Assembly (NCBI RefSeq): GCF_004010195.1
Contig: NC_057718.1
Location: 41,000,023 to 41,045,980, forward strand
Origin: Chiloscyllium plagiosum
Lineage: Eukaryota
Direction of reading: 5' to 3'
Length of the DNA: 45,958 nucleotides
The notes beneath the pieces were generated by a model. It did not search any database, was not told the origin of the DNA, and was given only the letters and a program-made list of their open reading frames with translations. Made by a program: the position numbers and the translations under genes. This document shows positions 1 to 13,565 of the stretch, in pieces; position 1 is the stretch's first letter; every line of letters begins with the position of its first letter.

Positions 1-654
1 TTTAACCTATCTTTCAGGTTTAACCCCAGCAGCTATGGGAAATGAGGCCTACTTTGTGGAAGATAGTTCTTTTCAGCATAGTTTGTGGGTCAAAAAGTGT
101 TTCCTACTGGACCAATAATCTACCCTTCTTCCTTTCATATCCACCAGTTTCCAGGAGATTTAACAATGTCTTCACCTCCCTCCCCACCCCCTCCCAACAA
201 TCATGCTTTCCCCACTCTGGGCCAAGACCAAGACTTGGAGATTACACCCCCTCAACATGACTTTAGATTGATTTCCCCTCCAGGCATCAATGCCCAATTC
301 CACTTGTGATGAGATTATACCGTCCCTGAAGATCCAGGTATACACTCCCTCCAGCCCAGCTACATCTCCCTAGCAATCTTGGATTTTGTCCTCCTCCAGA
401 GCATTGCCTTTCTCAAAAGGAAGCCACGATTGTCAATTTGGCTGGCTTTGAGATGGGTAACATGCTTGAAAGGAAAGACTATGTATTGTAAAGTCAAATG
501 ACTAATAGTTGACAAAGATTACACACTGATGTAGAAAAACATGGCATGTTATTTAGTTTGTATCATGAAGGTAAGTTGTACTGATTGAATTAAGTGAACT
601 GGTCATAACTATTTCTCTGTATGCCACCTCAGTAAAATAAAACAATTAAGTAGG

Positions 655-950
655 AACATAGAAACAGGAATGGTCTATTCAGCTTTTCGAGCCTGTTCCA
701 TCATTCAATGAAATCAAATGGTTGATCTGTTGCCTAACTTCAAAGGCCTGCCTTTGAACTATATCTTTTAATACCTTTGTTTAACAAAAGATTATCTATC
801 TCTCAGATTTAAATTAATAACTGATCCAAACTCCACTGCCATTTATGGAAGGGAATTCCAAGCATCTGCCATCCCTATGTTTCTTAAAATCTCTCCCGAA
901 CGGTCTGGCCCTAATTTTTGGAATCCCAACTAATGTAAATAGTTTGTTTA
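655..950 (-). mobile_element. CR1 LINE 3' end, old and degraded
   Basis: gaacatagaaacagga...ctattcagc...gagcctgttccatcattcaatg is the reverse of a CR1-type 3' UTR and tail; similar decayed ends at ~6600 and ~30210. Confidence 0.6.
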
Positions 951-1024
951 CCTTGTTTTTTTCCTGTTATGATTCCTGTAAATCCATACTGTTTCTATGT
1001 TTGTTTAGTTCATATCCCAAGTGA

Positions 1025-3790
1025 TATAAAAATGAAATAAAAACAGAAATTGCTGGAGAAACTCAGCAAGCTTGGCAGTATCTGTGGAGAGAAAGCGGAG
1101 TTAACATTTTAGGTCCAGTGATCCTTCTTTAGAATTGACTGTAGCTAGGAAAAGTTGATATTGAAGAGAGGGTAAGGGGAGGTGAGAGAGAGCAAACAGT
1201 AAGTGGAGATAGATTGCAGAGAGATAGCCAGGTAAATAGACAAGGTCTTTTCCCCAGGGTGGAGCAGTCCAAAACTAACGTGCATAAGTTTAAAGTGAGA
1301 GGGGAAAGATTTAAAAAGGACCTAAGGGGCAACTTTTTCATGCAGAAGGCAGTGTGTGCATGGAATGAGCTGCCAGAGGAAGTGGTGGTGGCTCATACAA
1401 TTATAACATTTAAAAGACATCTGGATCGGTATATGAATAGAAAGGGTTTAGAGGGACTTGGACCAAATGCTGTCAAATGGGACTAGTTTTATCTAGGATA
1501 TCTGCTCAGCATGGATGGGTTGGACTAAAGGGTCTGTTTCCCTGCTATACAGCTCTATAACTTCATGACTAACAGCAGTTGGGCAGACAAAGGAATGGGG
1601 AAAGGTTAGCCTGGGAGAATCAAGCGCTGCTAATGGGGACCATATAACTGACAACGGGTAGATTGTTGTGGCAGCTCATGTGTGTGGAGGTGTGTGTGAA
1701 GACATAAAAGAAAGTACTCAGACCCTAAAATTATTGAACATGATATTGAATCCATAAGGCTGCAGTGTCCCCAAGCGAAAAATGAGATCCTGTTCTTCCA
1801 GCTTGCACTGAGCTTCGCTGGAGAACTGCAGCATGCCTGAGACAGAGATGTTGGCCAGGGAACATGGTGGTGTATTGAAGTGGCAGGCAACTGAAGGCTC
1901 AGGATCAGTATTGTGGTCGTCCAGTCTGAGTTTTATCTCACCAGTGAACTGGAGGAATTATTATGAACAGAGAATACAGTAGACTCGATTGAGTGAAGTT
2001 TAGGTCAACTGTTGCTTCACATGGAAGGTGTATTTGAGACTTTGGATAGTGAGGAGGGAGGAAGTAAACAGACAAGTGTTACACCTTCTGCCATTGCATG
2101 GGTAGCTGCCATGAGTATGTGGGGTGGTGTTCGGAATGGAGGAGGGGTGGACCAAGGTGTCCCGGAGTGACCAGTCCCCCGTGTAAAGTTGACAAGGGGG
2201 AGCAGTGGAATATGTCTCTGGTGTTGGCATCTCAGTGGAGGTGGCAAAAATGGTGGCTAATGATCCTTTGGATGTGAATGCTGGTAGGCTGGTAAATCAG
2301 GACCAAGGCACCCTATCACTGTTTTTGGAAGGAAGAGAGGGGGTGAAAGCTGAAGTTTGGGAGATGAGATTGGACATGGCTAAGGGCCTTGTTAACCACG
2401 GTGGTAGGGAATCCTCAGTTGAAGAAAAGGTGGACATTTCAGAGGTCCTCTTGTAGAAGCTGGTAGATGTGACAGACAAACTGGGAGAATGGAATAGAGT
2501 TTTTATAGGAAGCAGAGTGTGAGGATGTCTAATCAAAGTAAGTGTGAGAGTCAGTGGGTTTATAGTCGATGTTGGTGCCTTGTCTATCACCAGGAATAGA
2601 AACAGAGATGTCAAGGAACAGAATGGAGGAGTCAGAGATGGATTGGATGATGATGAAAGCAAGGTGAAAATTAAAAGCAAAATTGATAAGCTTTTCTACT
2701 TCCGAATGAAAGAGGGAAGCCGCACTGATGATGTCATCAATATAACAGAGAAAGAATTGTGGGGACCAAAAAATGGTCCATGTACCCCACGAAGAGATAG
2801 ACATAACTGGGGCCCATGCAGGTACCCACGACCGCTCTGTTAACCTGAAGTAAGTGAGAGAAGTTAAACAAGAAGTTACTCAGAGTGAGGATGAGCTCAG
2901 CCAGGTGGAGAAGGGTGGTGATAGATGTGGATGGTTCAGGAAGAAGCAGAGAACTCTGAGCCCATTCTGGTGGAGGATGGATATGCAAAGTAATTACAGT
3001 TTTATGGTAAAGAGGAACCCACAAACTGGAAATTCTGAAACTGATGTAAAGCAACAGAGGAATCGCAAACGTAAGTGAGAAGGGACAGGACAAGAGGAGA
3101 AAAAAATCAAGTCGAGGTAGGAAGAGATGAGTTCTGTGGAGCAGAAACATTGGGTCTGCCGAGGCAGTTCTGTTAGTGGATTTTGGGAAGGAGGTAGAAG
3201 TGAGCTGTGCAGTGTTGGGAGACTATGAACATAATGGCAATGGTGGGATGATCACCAGATGAAATGAGATTAGTGACCATAGTTGACACAATGGCCTGAT
3301 ATTTCATGGTGGGGTCATGGTCCAGACACAAATAGGAGAAGGTATCTGAGAGCTGGCGCTCAGCCTCCACAATATAAAGATCAGAATGCTGGACAACAAC
3401 AGCACCACCCTTGTTGGCAGACTTAATTACAAAGTCGGGGTTAGATCTGAGAGCACAGATTGCAGTCAGTTCAGAGGGAGATAGATTGGAATGAGTGAAG
3501 GGGCAGAGAAATTAAGACAATCAATCTCATGGTGTTTCTCTGATGAACAGGTTGCGTGCAAGTAAATGGCCAGAGGGAAGGAACCAGATGGAAGGACAGT
3601 GTTGGGAAATGGGTTTATGGGCCAGAGAGAGGATTCTTGTCCAAAGAAATTGGCTCGGAGGTGGAGGCAAGTGAAGAAGAGTTCAACGTCATGTTGTGTC
3701 TGAAATTCATTGAGGGTAGAGACACAGAAGAAAAGAACTAAGAATTTTGTGGGGTACAAGAAATTAAATTGTATGAATATTTGGTTCAAG
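1025..3790 (-). mobile_element. Penelope-like element (RT + GIY-YIG), long decayed copy
   Basis: Minus-strand fragments HDVELFF, FYLLPKIH, GTCMGPSYVYLFVGYM, CYIDDII, YKPTDSHTY, PCNGRRCNTC and a VYCILC...FTGE GIY-YIG remnant; terminal repeat at 1040-1135; many stops and frameshifts; interrupted by a CR1 at ~1225-1570. Confidence 0.88.
1225..1572 (+). mobile_element. CR1 LINE 3' fragment nested in the Penelope element
   Basis: ORF2 C-terminus HKFKVRGERFKKDLRGNFF...WNELPEEVV...FKRHLDRYM, then a ctctataacttcatga tail. Confidence 0.9.
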
Positions 3791-4734
3791 TCATGCGGGG
3801 GTTTATAGTAACACCCTTGTTTATACTGTAGTGCAGTTTAAGCAAACTCTCCTAAAAGTAAGATGCTCAGACTCTACGTGACTGATTGATGCCACTGAAT
3901 CTTATCTGGCATTTGTGACCTAAATTTGGAACAGCAGTCTACTTAATATCAATTGATTGTGTATTCTATTGTTCTGAGTAGATTTTGTAATGCCATACAA
4001 AAGCATTTTCTTCTGTTCAGTAAAATGCATTGAATAATGTTTTGCTTAGCAGACTTACACATAAAGCACATGTCAATAATGGGTCCATGACATACATTTT
4101 TAGTTTTGCAAATGCAAGTTCTTTATTTGTTTATGTAACTATGTCATTTTAACTCCATAGTGTGCCAAGTGCTAGAGTATGTCCATTCTAAATGCTATAT
4201 TTGGTTCCTCTTGTCCAAACTATACTGAAACCTCACACACATCTGTTAACAAATGAGCTTCTTCATATTTTAAATTAGAGGGGAGCTTCTTTAGGTGGTA
4301 AGAATTCATTTTTTTTTCCTTTCTGTTAACTCTACCTTGTGATTCTATCTGTGAAAAGGAAGCTCCAATACAGTTCAGTGGATGAATGACTGGTTTCTGT
4401 TTTTGAATACCCTCAACTGTCATAACTATGATTAATAATTTAATATAGAAACAAAATACAGGAAGAACCCTTCATTTCACCATTCTACCTGCCATTTCAA
4501 TGTAACTTAACATCTACCTGACCTTTTAAAAAATGAAATGTAATGTTGAACACACTAGAGTGGATCTTCACATTGTAAGATAGTGCAAAGCAGGTGATAG
4601 TGAACAGGCACCCTGCTTTACATTTCCGTTTTATTTCTATTAGCCAGAAAGAAACACAGGATGTAATGGCAGAGATCTAGTGGAGATGTTGAGGATGTCT
4701 CCAAAGTAGCAACAGGCAAAACCCTCTCTCAAAT

Positions 4735-5130
4735 TTTCTTCCTTCAGAAGGGATTGACTCTTATTGGAGTTCATTGAGGTCATGATTTTATAAACCTCTG
4801 TAAGGTCACTCCTTAGTTTCTGACGCTTCAGGGAAAACAGCCCCAGCCTGTTCAGCCTCTCCCAAGAACTCAAACCCTCCAATGCTGGCAACATCCTTGT
4901 AAATCTTTTCTGAACCTTTTCAAGTTTCACAACATCTTTCCTATAGCAGGGAGGCCAGAATTGAACATAGTATTCCAAAGATGGCCTAACCAATGTCCTG
5001 TACAGCTGTAACATGACCTTCCAACTCCTATACTGAATGTACTGATCAATAAAGGCATGAGTACAAAATACCTTCCTCTATCCTATCTACTTGTGACTCC
5101 ACTTTCAAGGAAATATGAACCTGTACCCTA
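4735..5130 (-). mobile_element. CR1 LINE fragment
   Basis: LYRTLVRPSLEYYVQFWPP...LERLNRLGLFSL is the CR1 ORF2 post-RT region. Confidence 0.88.
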
Positions 5131-5269
5131 ACAGCTGTAAGCCTAGCAGCATTGTTAGCAGTCAACCATTGCTGTTCTCAAGTACTTCCACTTATCAATA
5201 TAGACTACTAAATAACTATTGAATCAGTTTGTGTGCCATTAATGATTTCAAAGAAGTGCAGCATTTCTA

Positions 5270-5378
5270 GGGCTCTTACATTGCAATGGTAATGGCCATA
5301 CCTTTAAGCCTGGGTTTGAGAGCCAGCTGCTCCAGAGATTTATGATAGAATCTCTGAACAGCTTGAATAGAAAATACC
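5270..5378 (+). mobile_element. Degraded tRNA-derived short SINE; related copy on - strand at ~29040-29130
   Basis: gggctcttacattgcaatggtaat...gggtttgag resembles decayed Pol III A/B boxes; similar reverse sequence ends at cacaagagaccc. Confidence 0.4.
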
Positions 5379-6261
5379 GAGGTGCAGCATTTCTGTCAAA
5401 TGTCATAATTGGCCCAACATACTAACTCTGTTTCTCTTCACAGATGCTGTCTGATCTGCTGAATAGTTTCTGCTTGTAAATACAAAATCAACTATATGTT
5501 CTATTTGTGATTTATTTCAAGTCATGATTTTTAAAATCTAATTGTAGTAATAGGCACTTGTATCTTTCCTGAATTGCATTTTCTGGAAGGAAACAACATA
5601 GCTTTTATGTAACACATTTATTCCTGGTCCAGATCTTTTAACAAGAACTGTAATACCATGATGAACAACATCACATTATTTAACAGTTTAAATTTAGGAA
5701 TGTGCAGAATTGAAAAAGTCACGTTCAATTCTGGCCTCCCTGCTATGGGGAGGGCAATTCCATACTTTGTACTGATAACAACATTTTCAGTACAATTATT
5801 GACAGGAGGAATTTCACATACACTTTTTGGAAATTGAACATAAAAATAAGGGCACAACAATACTGACTTACAGAGTAGACAGCGTGGATATGCTGGTGAG
5901 ATTTAACAGGAAAATATAATCACTATACATCAGTCTGTCTTTCAGTAGTGATAAGTGATAATCTAAAATACCCCATAAAAGACACTGGTTGCTTTCTGAA
6001 GGTTTGAAATTTAAGAAAATATATTTGCAAGCAGCTTTATAAAAGCAACTTAACATTGTCTCTCTCATGTTCAATGCTGTATGGTCCATTACACTTAAAA
6101 CTATAGATCTTGCTTTTATCTGAAGACCTTGCTGTGCAAGAGATTAGTGATCTACATTTTGGAAAGCTACCCATAATAAAAACACATTAATCACATGATA
6201 TCACTATTATCTGATGTGTGTGAACACTGTAATTCACAAAAGCAATCAAGCACTTCAGTTG

Positions 6262-6325
6262 ATCTGAAGAAGAGTCATATTGAAGTCAAAATGTTACTTC
6301 TGTTTCTCTCACCATAAATGCTACA
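6262..6325 (+). mobile_element. Penelope terminal-repeat fragment with degenerate hammerhead motif
   Basis: CTGAAGAAGAGTCATATTGAAGTCAAAATGTT followed by ctgtttctctc, the same family as 1040-1135 and 42690-42885. Confidence 0.6.
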
Positions 6326-6879
6326 GTTTCTCCCGCATTATGTGTGTCTGTTAGGGAACAAGAAAAGTTTTATGTCTTGTGCTCACTGCTCAAAATCTGA
6401 TCTTTTCTACAGAATGTGGATTAGGCGATTGCTTGCAGACCATTCTGCTCAGTTCCCAAGTGTGACCAATGTGCTCCGATTTTACAAGCTTCTGGATTCG
6501 ACATTGAGTTCAATAATTTTAGATCATGAACATTTTTGCTGCTGTTTTTGCTTTGTGGCTTTTGGATAGCAGCATTTAGTAATTCAATAGAATTTAAAAA
6601 GGAATATTGGATGAGGAGTAAGTCTTTCAGCCTATTAAACCTGCTTTGCAATCAATACAATCATGGCTAATCATCTAATTCAATTCCTCTCCCTCTCTGC
6701 TTTTCCCATGTTCATTTGTGTCATTAGAATTTAGAAAGCTCTCAATCTCTACTTCAGTCAAACTTCTGCAGCTCTCTGGGCTAGAAAATTACAATGATTC
6801 ATAACCCTATGAGTAAACAAAATTCTGTTTATGTGACTGAGTGTAAAATATTATCAAATAACACATTTTTGAAGGATCT

Positions 6880-6952
6880 TGAATTGAATTGAATTGTCAC
6901 ATGTACCGAGGCACAGTGAAAAGCTTTGCCTTGCGAGCAATACAGGCAGATC
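6880..6952 (-). mobile_element. Rex1-type LINE 3' tail fragment
   Basis: gaattgaattgaattgtcacatgtaccgaggcacagtgaaaagc...tacaggcagatc matches the tail of the Rex1 copy at 22235-22635. Confidence 0.6.
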
Positions 6953-7073
6953 TTGGAATGTTTCACAATGTTAGGCACAGCATATTAATTAAATTTGCTG
7001 TTCCCGTTGTTCTCGTGTTTAAAAGAGGCCCCTTGTATATCATTGATTCCAATAAAGCATATCTGGATTGATT

Positions 7074-7192
7074 CAAAAAGTGTAGTGCTGGAAAAGCACA
7101 GTCAGTCAGGCAGCATCCGATGCTCAGCTGTGCTTTTCCAGCACCACACGTTTTGACTCTGACCTTCAGTGTCTGCAGTCCTCACTTTCTCC
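7074..7192 (+). mobile_element. Short fold-back Penelope terminal-repeat insertion with TSD
   Basis: Inverted arms gtgctggaaaagcacag / ctgtgcttttccagcac; flanked by tatctggattgatt (7060-7073) and tatctggtttgatt (7193-7206). Confidence 0.8.
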
Positions 7193-7349
7193 TATCTGGT
7201 TTGATTGTCCAGGAAATTTTGGTATAAGTGTCATGTGAGATGAAGTTGGATTGCAAATATCTCATTTAATGGGATGCTAATCCTCTGAGTGGATAACTGT
7301 GTAACACATAGACACAAGTATCTGTATGATCCTGTACTTTAATAAGAGG

Positions 7350-9843
7350 AAGAAGTTGGCGATCAAGATATGGGTCAGTATGGGTGGAAGTCAGAAACAG
7401 GAAAGGATTAGTCACCTTACTGGGAGTTTTCTATAGACGCCCAATAGCAACAGAGACACAGAGGAGCAGATTGGGAGGCAGATTTTGGAAAGGTGCAGAA
7501 GTAACAGGGTTGTTGTTCTGGGTGCCTTCAACTTCCCTAATATTGATTGGAACCTTCTTAATGCAAATTGTTTGGATGGAGCAGATTTTGTCAGGTGTGC
7601 CCATGAAGAATTCCTGACTCAATATGTAGATAGGCCAACTAGAGGGAAGGCCATATTGGATTTGGTTCTTGGCAACAGATCAGATTAAGTGTCAGATCTC
7701 TCAGTGGGAGAGCATTTCGGCGATAGTGATCACAACTCCCTGATCTTTACTATAGTCATCGAGAGGGATAGGAGCAGACAGTATGGGAAAGTATTTAATT
7801 GGGGGAGGGGGATTGCAATGCTATTAGGCAGGAACTCTGGAGCATAAATTGGGAACAGATATTCTCAGGGAAATGCATGACAGAAATGTGGAAGTTGTTT
7901 CAGGAGCACTTGCTGCGAGTTCTGGATAGCTTTGTCCCACTGAGGCAAGGAAGGGATGGTAGTGTGAAGGAATCTTGGATGACAAGAGATGTGGACCATC
8001 TAGTCAAGAGGAAGAAGGAAGCTTACTTAAGGTTGAGGAAGCAAAGATCAGACAGGTAGCCAGGAAGGACTAGGAGATTGGACTTAGGAGAGCTAGAAGG
8101 TGGCATGAAAAAGCCTTGGCAAGTAGGATGAAGGAAAACCATAAGGCGTTCCACACTTATGTGAGGAACAAGAGGATGGACAGAGTAAGGGTAGGGCCAA
8201 TCAGATTTAGAGATGGGAACTTGTGCCTGGAGTTGGAAGAGGTAGGGAAAGTCCTTAATGAATACTTTGCTTCAGTGTTCATTAATGGGAGCGACCTTGT
8301 CATTGTGAGTACAGCGTTAAATGGGCTGATATGCTCGAACAGGTTGATGTTAAGAAAGAAAATGTGCGGGAAGCTTTTGAAAAGCATGACAATAGATAAA
8401 TCCCCTGGGCCAGACGGGATATACTCAAAGTTACTACTGGAAGCGAGGGAAGAGATTACTGCACCTTTGACGATGATCTTTGCATTCTCACTGTCCGCTG
8501 GAGTAGTACCAGATGATTGGAGAGTGGAAAATGTTATTTCCTTGTTGAAGAAAGGGAATAGACATAGCCCTTGAAATTACAGACCTGTCAGTCTTAGGTC
8601 TAGGGAGTTGGGGGCAAATTATTGTAGAGGAATCTGAGAGACAGGATGTATGATTATTTAGAAAAGCATAGTTTGTTTAGAAATAGTTGGCATGGCTTTG
8701 TCGGTGGAGGTCATGTCTCATAAGTGCTACTGAATTCTTTAAGGATGTGACAAAATGCGTTGATTAAGGTAGAGCAGTTAATGTGGTGTACATGGATTTT
8801 AGCAAGACATTTGATAAGGTTCCCTATGGTAAGCTCATTCAGGAATTCAGGAGGCATGGGATCCAGGGAAATTTCTATATCCAGGGATATAGAATTGGCT
8901 GGCCCATAGAAGACAGAGGATAGTGGTAGATGGAAAGTATTCAACCTGGAGCTTGGTGACTAGTGGTGTTCCGCAGGGATCTGTTCTGCTCTTTGTGATT
9001 TTTATAAATGACTTGGATGAGGAAGTGGAAGAGTGGTTGGTCAATGATAAGAAGGTTGGTAGAGTTGTTGATAGTGTGGAGGGCTGGAGTTCAATCTCAA
9101 AAAGTATGAAGTGATTCATTTTGGAAGATTGAATTTGAATGTAGTTTACAGGGTTGAAGGCAGGACTCTTGGTATTGTGGATGAACAGAGGGATCTTGGG
9201 GTCCATGTCCATAGATCCCTCAAAGGTGCCATGTGCATTGGTGTGGTTGTTAAGAAGGTGTATGGTGTGTTGGCTTTTATCAGCAAAAGTGTTGAGTTTA
9301 AGAGCTATGAGGTTATGTTGCGGTTCTATAAAGCCCTGGTTAGACCACACTTGGGATGTTGTGTTCAGTTCTGGTAGTGTCATTATAGGAAGGGTGTAGA
9401 AGCTTTAGAGAGGATGCAAAGCAGATTTACCAGGATGCTGCCTGAACTGGAGGGCTTTTCTCATTAGGGTGAAGAAGGATGAGACATGACTTAATGAGAG
9501 GCATGAGTGGATAGCCAGAGACCTTTTCCCAAGTGGAAATGTCTATCACGAGGGGGCATAATTTTAAAGTGATTGGAGGAAGGTTCAGGGGAGATTTCAG
9601 AGGTTGGTTCTTTACACACAGATTGGTGGTTTTATAGAATGCACTGCCAGCGGTGGTAGTAGATTCAGAGACATTAGGGACATTTAAGCAACTCTTGGAT
9701 GATAGGCACATGGATGATAGTAAAATGAAGGGTTAGAAGGTTTGTTTGATCTTAGAATAGGATAATAAGTCGGCACAATATAGAGGGCTGAATGGCCTGT
9801 ACTGTGCTGTACTGTTCTATGTTCTGTGTTCTTTGTTCTATGA
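7350..9843 (+). mobile_element. CR1 LINE, 5'-truncated (endonuclease to 3' tail), disrupted ORF2
   Basis: LGVFYRRP, GAFNFPNIDW, PTRGKAILDLVL, KSPGPDGIY, SGVPQGSVL, YKALVRPHL; (ttctatg)n-like tail. Confidence 0.95.
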
Positions 9844-9859
9844 GGTGGATAGGACTACA

Positions 9860-11085
9860 AAACATAAAAAGAACACAAGAACTGGGTGCTGGAGTGTACA
9901 GCTTCTCTGGCATTCAGTATGATCCCAATTGATTGTGGGCTTCAATTCCATTTTTCCACTTGCTCACCATAGCTTTTGAATCCTTCAGAAACAAAAATTC
10001 TTTCTCTTCTGGCCTTCAATCTATTCAGTGATGAAGCACCCACAAACCTCTGGAGTAGACAATTTTAAACATGACTGAATAAAGTAATTTCCTCTCCTTT
10101 CAGTACTAAGTGATCAGACCCTTGCACCTTCTCTCCATATCTGTGTGAGTTTGCTCTGGATCCTCCGATTTCCTCCCTCAGTCCAAACCTGTGCAGGTTA
10201 GGTGGATTGGTCATGCTAATTCGCCCATAGTATCAAGGGATCAGGATAGATGGAATCACCGTGGGAAAGGCAGGGTTATAAGGATAGCGGGGGGGGGGGG
10301 GGGGGGCATTCAGCTGGGTGGAATGCTCTTTCTAGATAATGAGACCAAAACTGCATGCACTACTCCAAGGCCTTGTACAATTGTGGAAGGACATCCCTGC
10401 CCTTTTCTTGAATCGTCACACTATGAAGGCCAACATGTCATTCGCCTACTTCACTGTCTGCTGCTCCTGCATGCTTCCGTTTCTGACTGGTGTATAAGGA
10501 CATCAAGGTCGAATTGCACTTCCCCCTTTCCCAATCTGCTACCATTCAGATGATAATCTGACTTCTGTTTTTGCTATCCAAGTGGATAAACTCACATTCA
10601 TCTGCCCACTCACACAAAATGCCCAACACAATGAAACTTTTCCAAAACCACAACCATTTAAATATGTAACCCCCTACAACATGAGCTCTTATTTTATGCA
10701 GTAAACATTGATGTGGTACCTTTTCCTTCTGGGAATCTAATTCCACTACATTCATAGTTACCCTCTATCACATTCCCTGTTGGTTCCTCAAAGAACACTA
10801 ATATGTTAATCAAGCATAATGTCCCCTTCCCATGTTGATGCTGTCTGATTGCATTGAGATTTACTAAGTGCCTTGCTATAACATCCTTAGTTACACATTT
10901 CAACGTTTTCCTTAAAACTGACATTAAGCTAACCAGCTTTTGGGTTCCTACTTTTTGTCTCTCTCCTTTCTTGAATAAAGGAGTTGCATTTACTATTTTC
11001 CTCACTGATTGCCCCTTTCCAGAACTTTGGAAAACTAAAATCAAGGTACCTACTATCTTAGCAATCACTTATTTGAAGACAAGAT
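9860..11085 (-). mobile_element. Older CR1 LINE, decayed, interrupted by a SINE
   Basis: Minus-strand NATPLFKKGERQKVG, QHGKGTLCLINILVFFEE; 3' end near 9860; probably continues at ~11980-12250. Confidence 0.75.
10120..10335 (+). mobile_element. HE1/V-SINE fragment, 5'-truncated
   Basis: gatttcctccctcagtccaaacctgtgcaggttaggtggattggtcatgcta aligns by eye with the V domain of the intact SINE at 16431. Confidence 0.75.
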
Positions 11086-11089
11086 GATA

Positions 11090-11978
11090 CTAAAATAGGA
11101 GGTATCGTAGACAGTGAGGAAGGTTATTAGAAATTGCAACAGGATGTTGATCAGCTAGGAAAGTGGGCTGAGAAATGGCAAATGGAGTTTATATAGATAA
11201 GTGTGAGGTGCTGCATTTTGGAAAGTCAAATCAAGGTAGGAGTTTCATGGAGAATGGTAGGGCCTTAAGGAGTGCAGTGGAACAGAGGGACCTTGGAGTT
11301 CAGGTGCACAGTTCTCTGAAAGTGGAGTCACAGGTAGATAGGCCGATGAAGAAGGCGTTTGGCACACCTATCTTTGTCAGTCAGAGCATTAAGTATAGAA
11401 GTTGAGAAGTCATGTTGCAGTTGTATAGGATGTTGGTGAGGCTGCACTTGGAGTATTGTGTTCAGTTTTGGTCACCTTGCTATCGGAAAGATTTATTAAA
11501 CTGGAAAAAGTGCAGAAGAAATTTACAAGGATATTGCCAGGACTCAAATGTCTGAATTATAGGGAGAGGTTGGACAATCTAGGACTTTTTCCTTTAGAGC
11601 ATAGGAGACTGAGTGGGGACCTGGAAAAAGTCTATAGGATTATGAGATGCATGGATAGGGTGAATGCACTCAGTTTTTTCCCAAGGTTGGGGAATCAAGG
11701 ACTCGAGGGGATCAGTTTAAGGTAAGAGGGAAAAGAATAAAAGGAAACCCAAGGGCAACATTTTTACACAGACAGAATGAGCTGCCATCGGAAGTTGTTG
11801 AGGCAGGTGCATTCACAACATTTAAAAGGCATTTGGACAAATACATAGATAGGAAAGATTTGGAAGGACCTGGGCCAAGTGCAGGGAAATGAGGTTAGCG
11901 TGGATGGAGGTTTTGGTCAGCATGGACCAGTTTGGGCCAAAGAGCCTGTCTCTGCGCTGTTGGACTCTGACTCTATGA
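11090..11978 (+). mobile_element. CR1 LINE 3' fragment
   Basis: DKCEVLHFGKSN, QRDLGVQVH, LGLFPLEHRRL; gactctgactctatga tail. Confidence 0.92.
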
Positions 11979-12287
11979 CAAGGGAATGAAACGCTTCAAG
12001 ATCTGGGAACATGTCAGTTTTTAATACTAATAATTTTCTCAGTAACATTTGTCTGGTAATTGTAATTGTTTTAGGTTGCTCCCTTCCTTTCACTTCTGGT
12101 TTTACAATTTCTGATTGCTATTCCTATCTTCTGCAGCAAAGGTGGATACAAAATAGCTGTTCAATTAATCCTTATTTTCTATTAATAATTCCACAGACTC
12201 TCTCTCTAGAGAACCCATGCTCATTCAGTATGAACTATTTCTGTTGACACATCTGGGCCTATGTAAACTTTTGGTGACATAACAAGA

Positions 12288-13565
12288 TACATAGAACCTA
12301 GAACAGTACAGCACAGTCCAGGGCTTTTGGCCCTCGATGTCGTGCCGGCCTTAATATCTTACCCAAAGATCAGACTAACCTACATACCCTTCATTGTACT
12401 ATCTTCCATGTGCCTATCCAAAAGCTGCTTAAATGTCCCGACTCCATTACCACTGCTGGCAGAGCATTCCACACACCCACTACTCTTTGTGTAAACAACC
12501 GACCTCTGACATCTCCCCTAAACCTTCCTCCAGTTCCCTTAAATTTATGCTCCCTCGTGATAGACATTTCCGCCATGGGAAAAAGTCTCTAGCTATCCAC
12601 TCTATCTATGCCTCTCATCATCTTCTACACCTCTATCAAGTAACCGCTCATCCTTCTTCTCTCCAATGAGAAAAGCCCTAGCTCCTTCAACCTTTCTTCA
12701 TAAGATATGCCCTCCAGTCCAGGCAGCATCCTGGTAAATCTCCTCTGCACCTTTTGTAAAGCTTCTACATCTTTCCTATAATGAGGTGACCAGAACTGAA
12801 CACAATATTCCAAGTATGATCTAATCAGTGCTCTACAGAGCTGCAGCATAACCTCGCAGCTCTTAAACTCAATCCCCCTGCTAATGAAAGCCAACACACC
12901 ATATGCCTTCTTAACAACCCTATCAACTTGGGTTGCAACTTTGAGGGATCTATGGACATGGACCCTATGATCCATCTGTTCCTGCACACTGCCAAGAATC
13001 CTGCCTTTAACCCTGTAATCTGCATTTAAATTTGACCTTCCAAAGTGAATAACTTCACACTTTTCAGGTTGAATTGCATCTGCCATTTCTCAGCCCAGCT
13101 CTGCATCCTGTCAATGTCTTGCTGCAACCTCCAACAGCTCTTCACACTATCCACAACTCCCCTAACCTTCATACCATTGGCAGACTTACTAACCCACCTA
13201 TCCACTTCCTCATCCAAGTCATTTATAAAAATCACAAAGAATAGAGGTTCTGGAACAGATCCCTACGGAACACCACTGGTCATCGAGCTCCAGGCTGAAT
13301 ACTTTCCATCTACCACCCCTCTGTCTTCTATGGGCCATCCAATTCGGTATCCAGACAGCCAGATTTCCCTGGATCCCATGCCTCCTTACGTTCTGAATGA
13401 GCCTACCATAGGAAACTTATCAAATGCCTTGTTAAAATCCATGTACACCACATCCACTGATCTACCTTCATCAACATGTTTTGTTACATCCTCAAAGAAT
13501 TCAATAAGGTTTGTGAGGCCTGATCTGCCTCTCATAAAGCCATGCTGACTATCTTTAATCAAAAA
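12288..13565 (-). mobile_element. CR1 LINE 3' half
   Basis: SQHGFMRGRSGLTNLIEFF, VYMDFNKAFDK, IFINDLDE, LEYCVQFWSPHY; tail catagaacctagaac. Confidence 0.95.

Noticed and set aside
4220..4423. Minus-strand 67-aa ORF as a terminal exon
   Set aside because: Weak acceptor, phase incompatible with the candidate exon at 5872-5962, and no recognisable homology.
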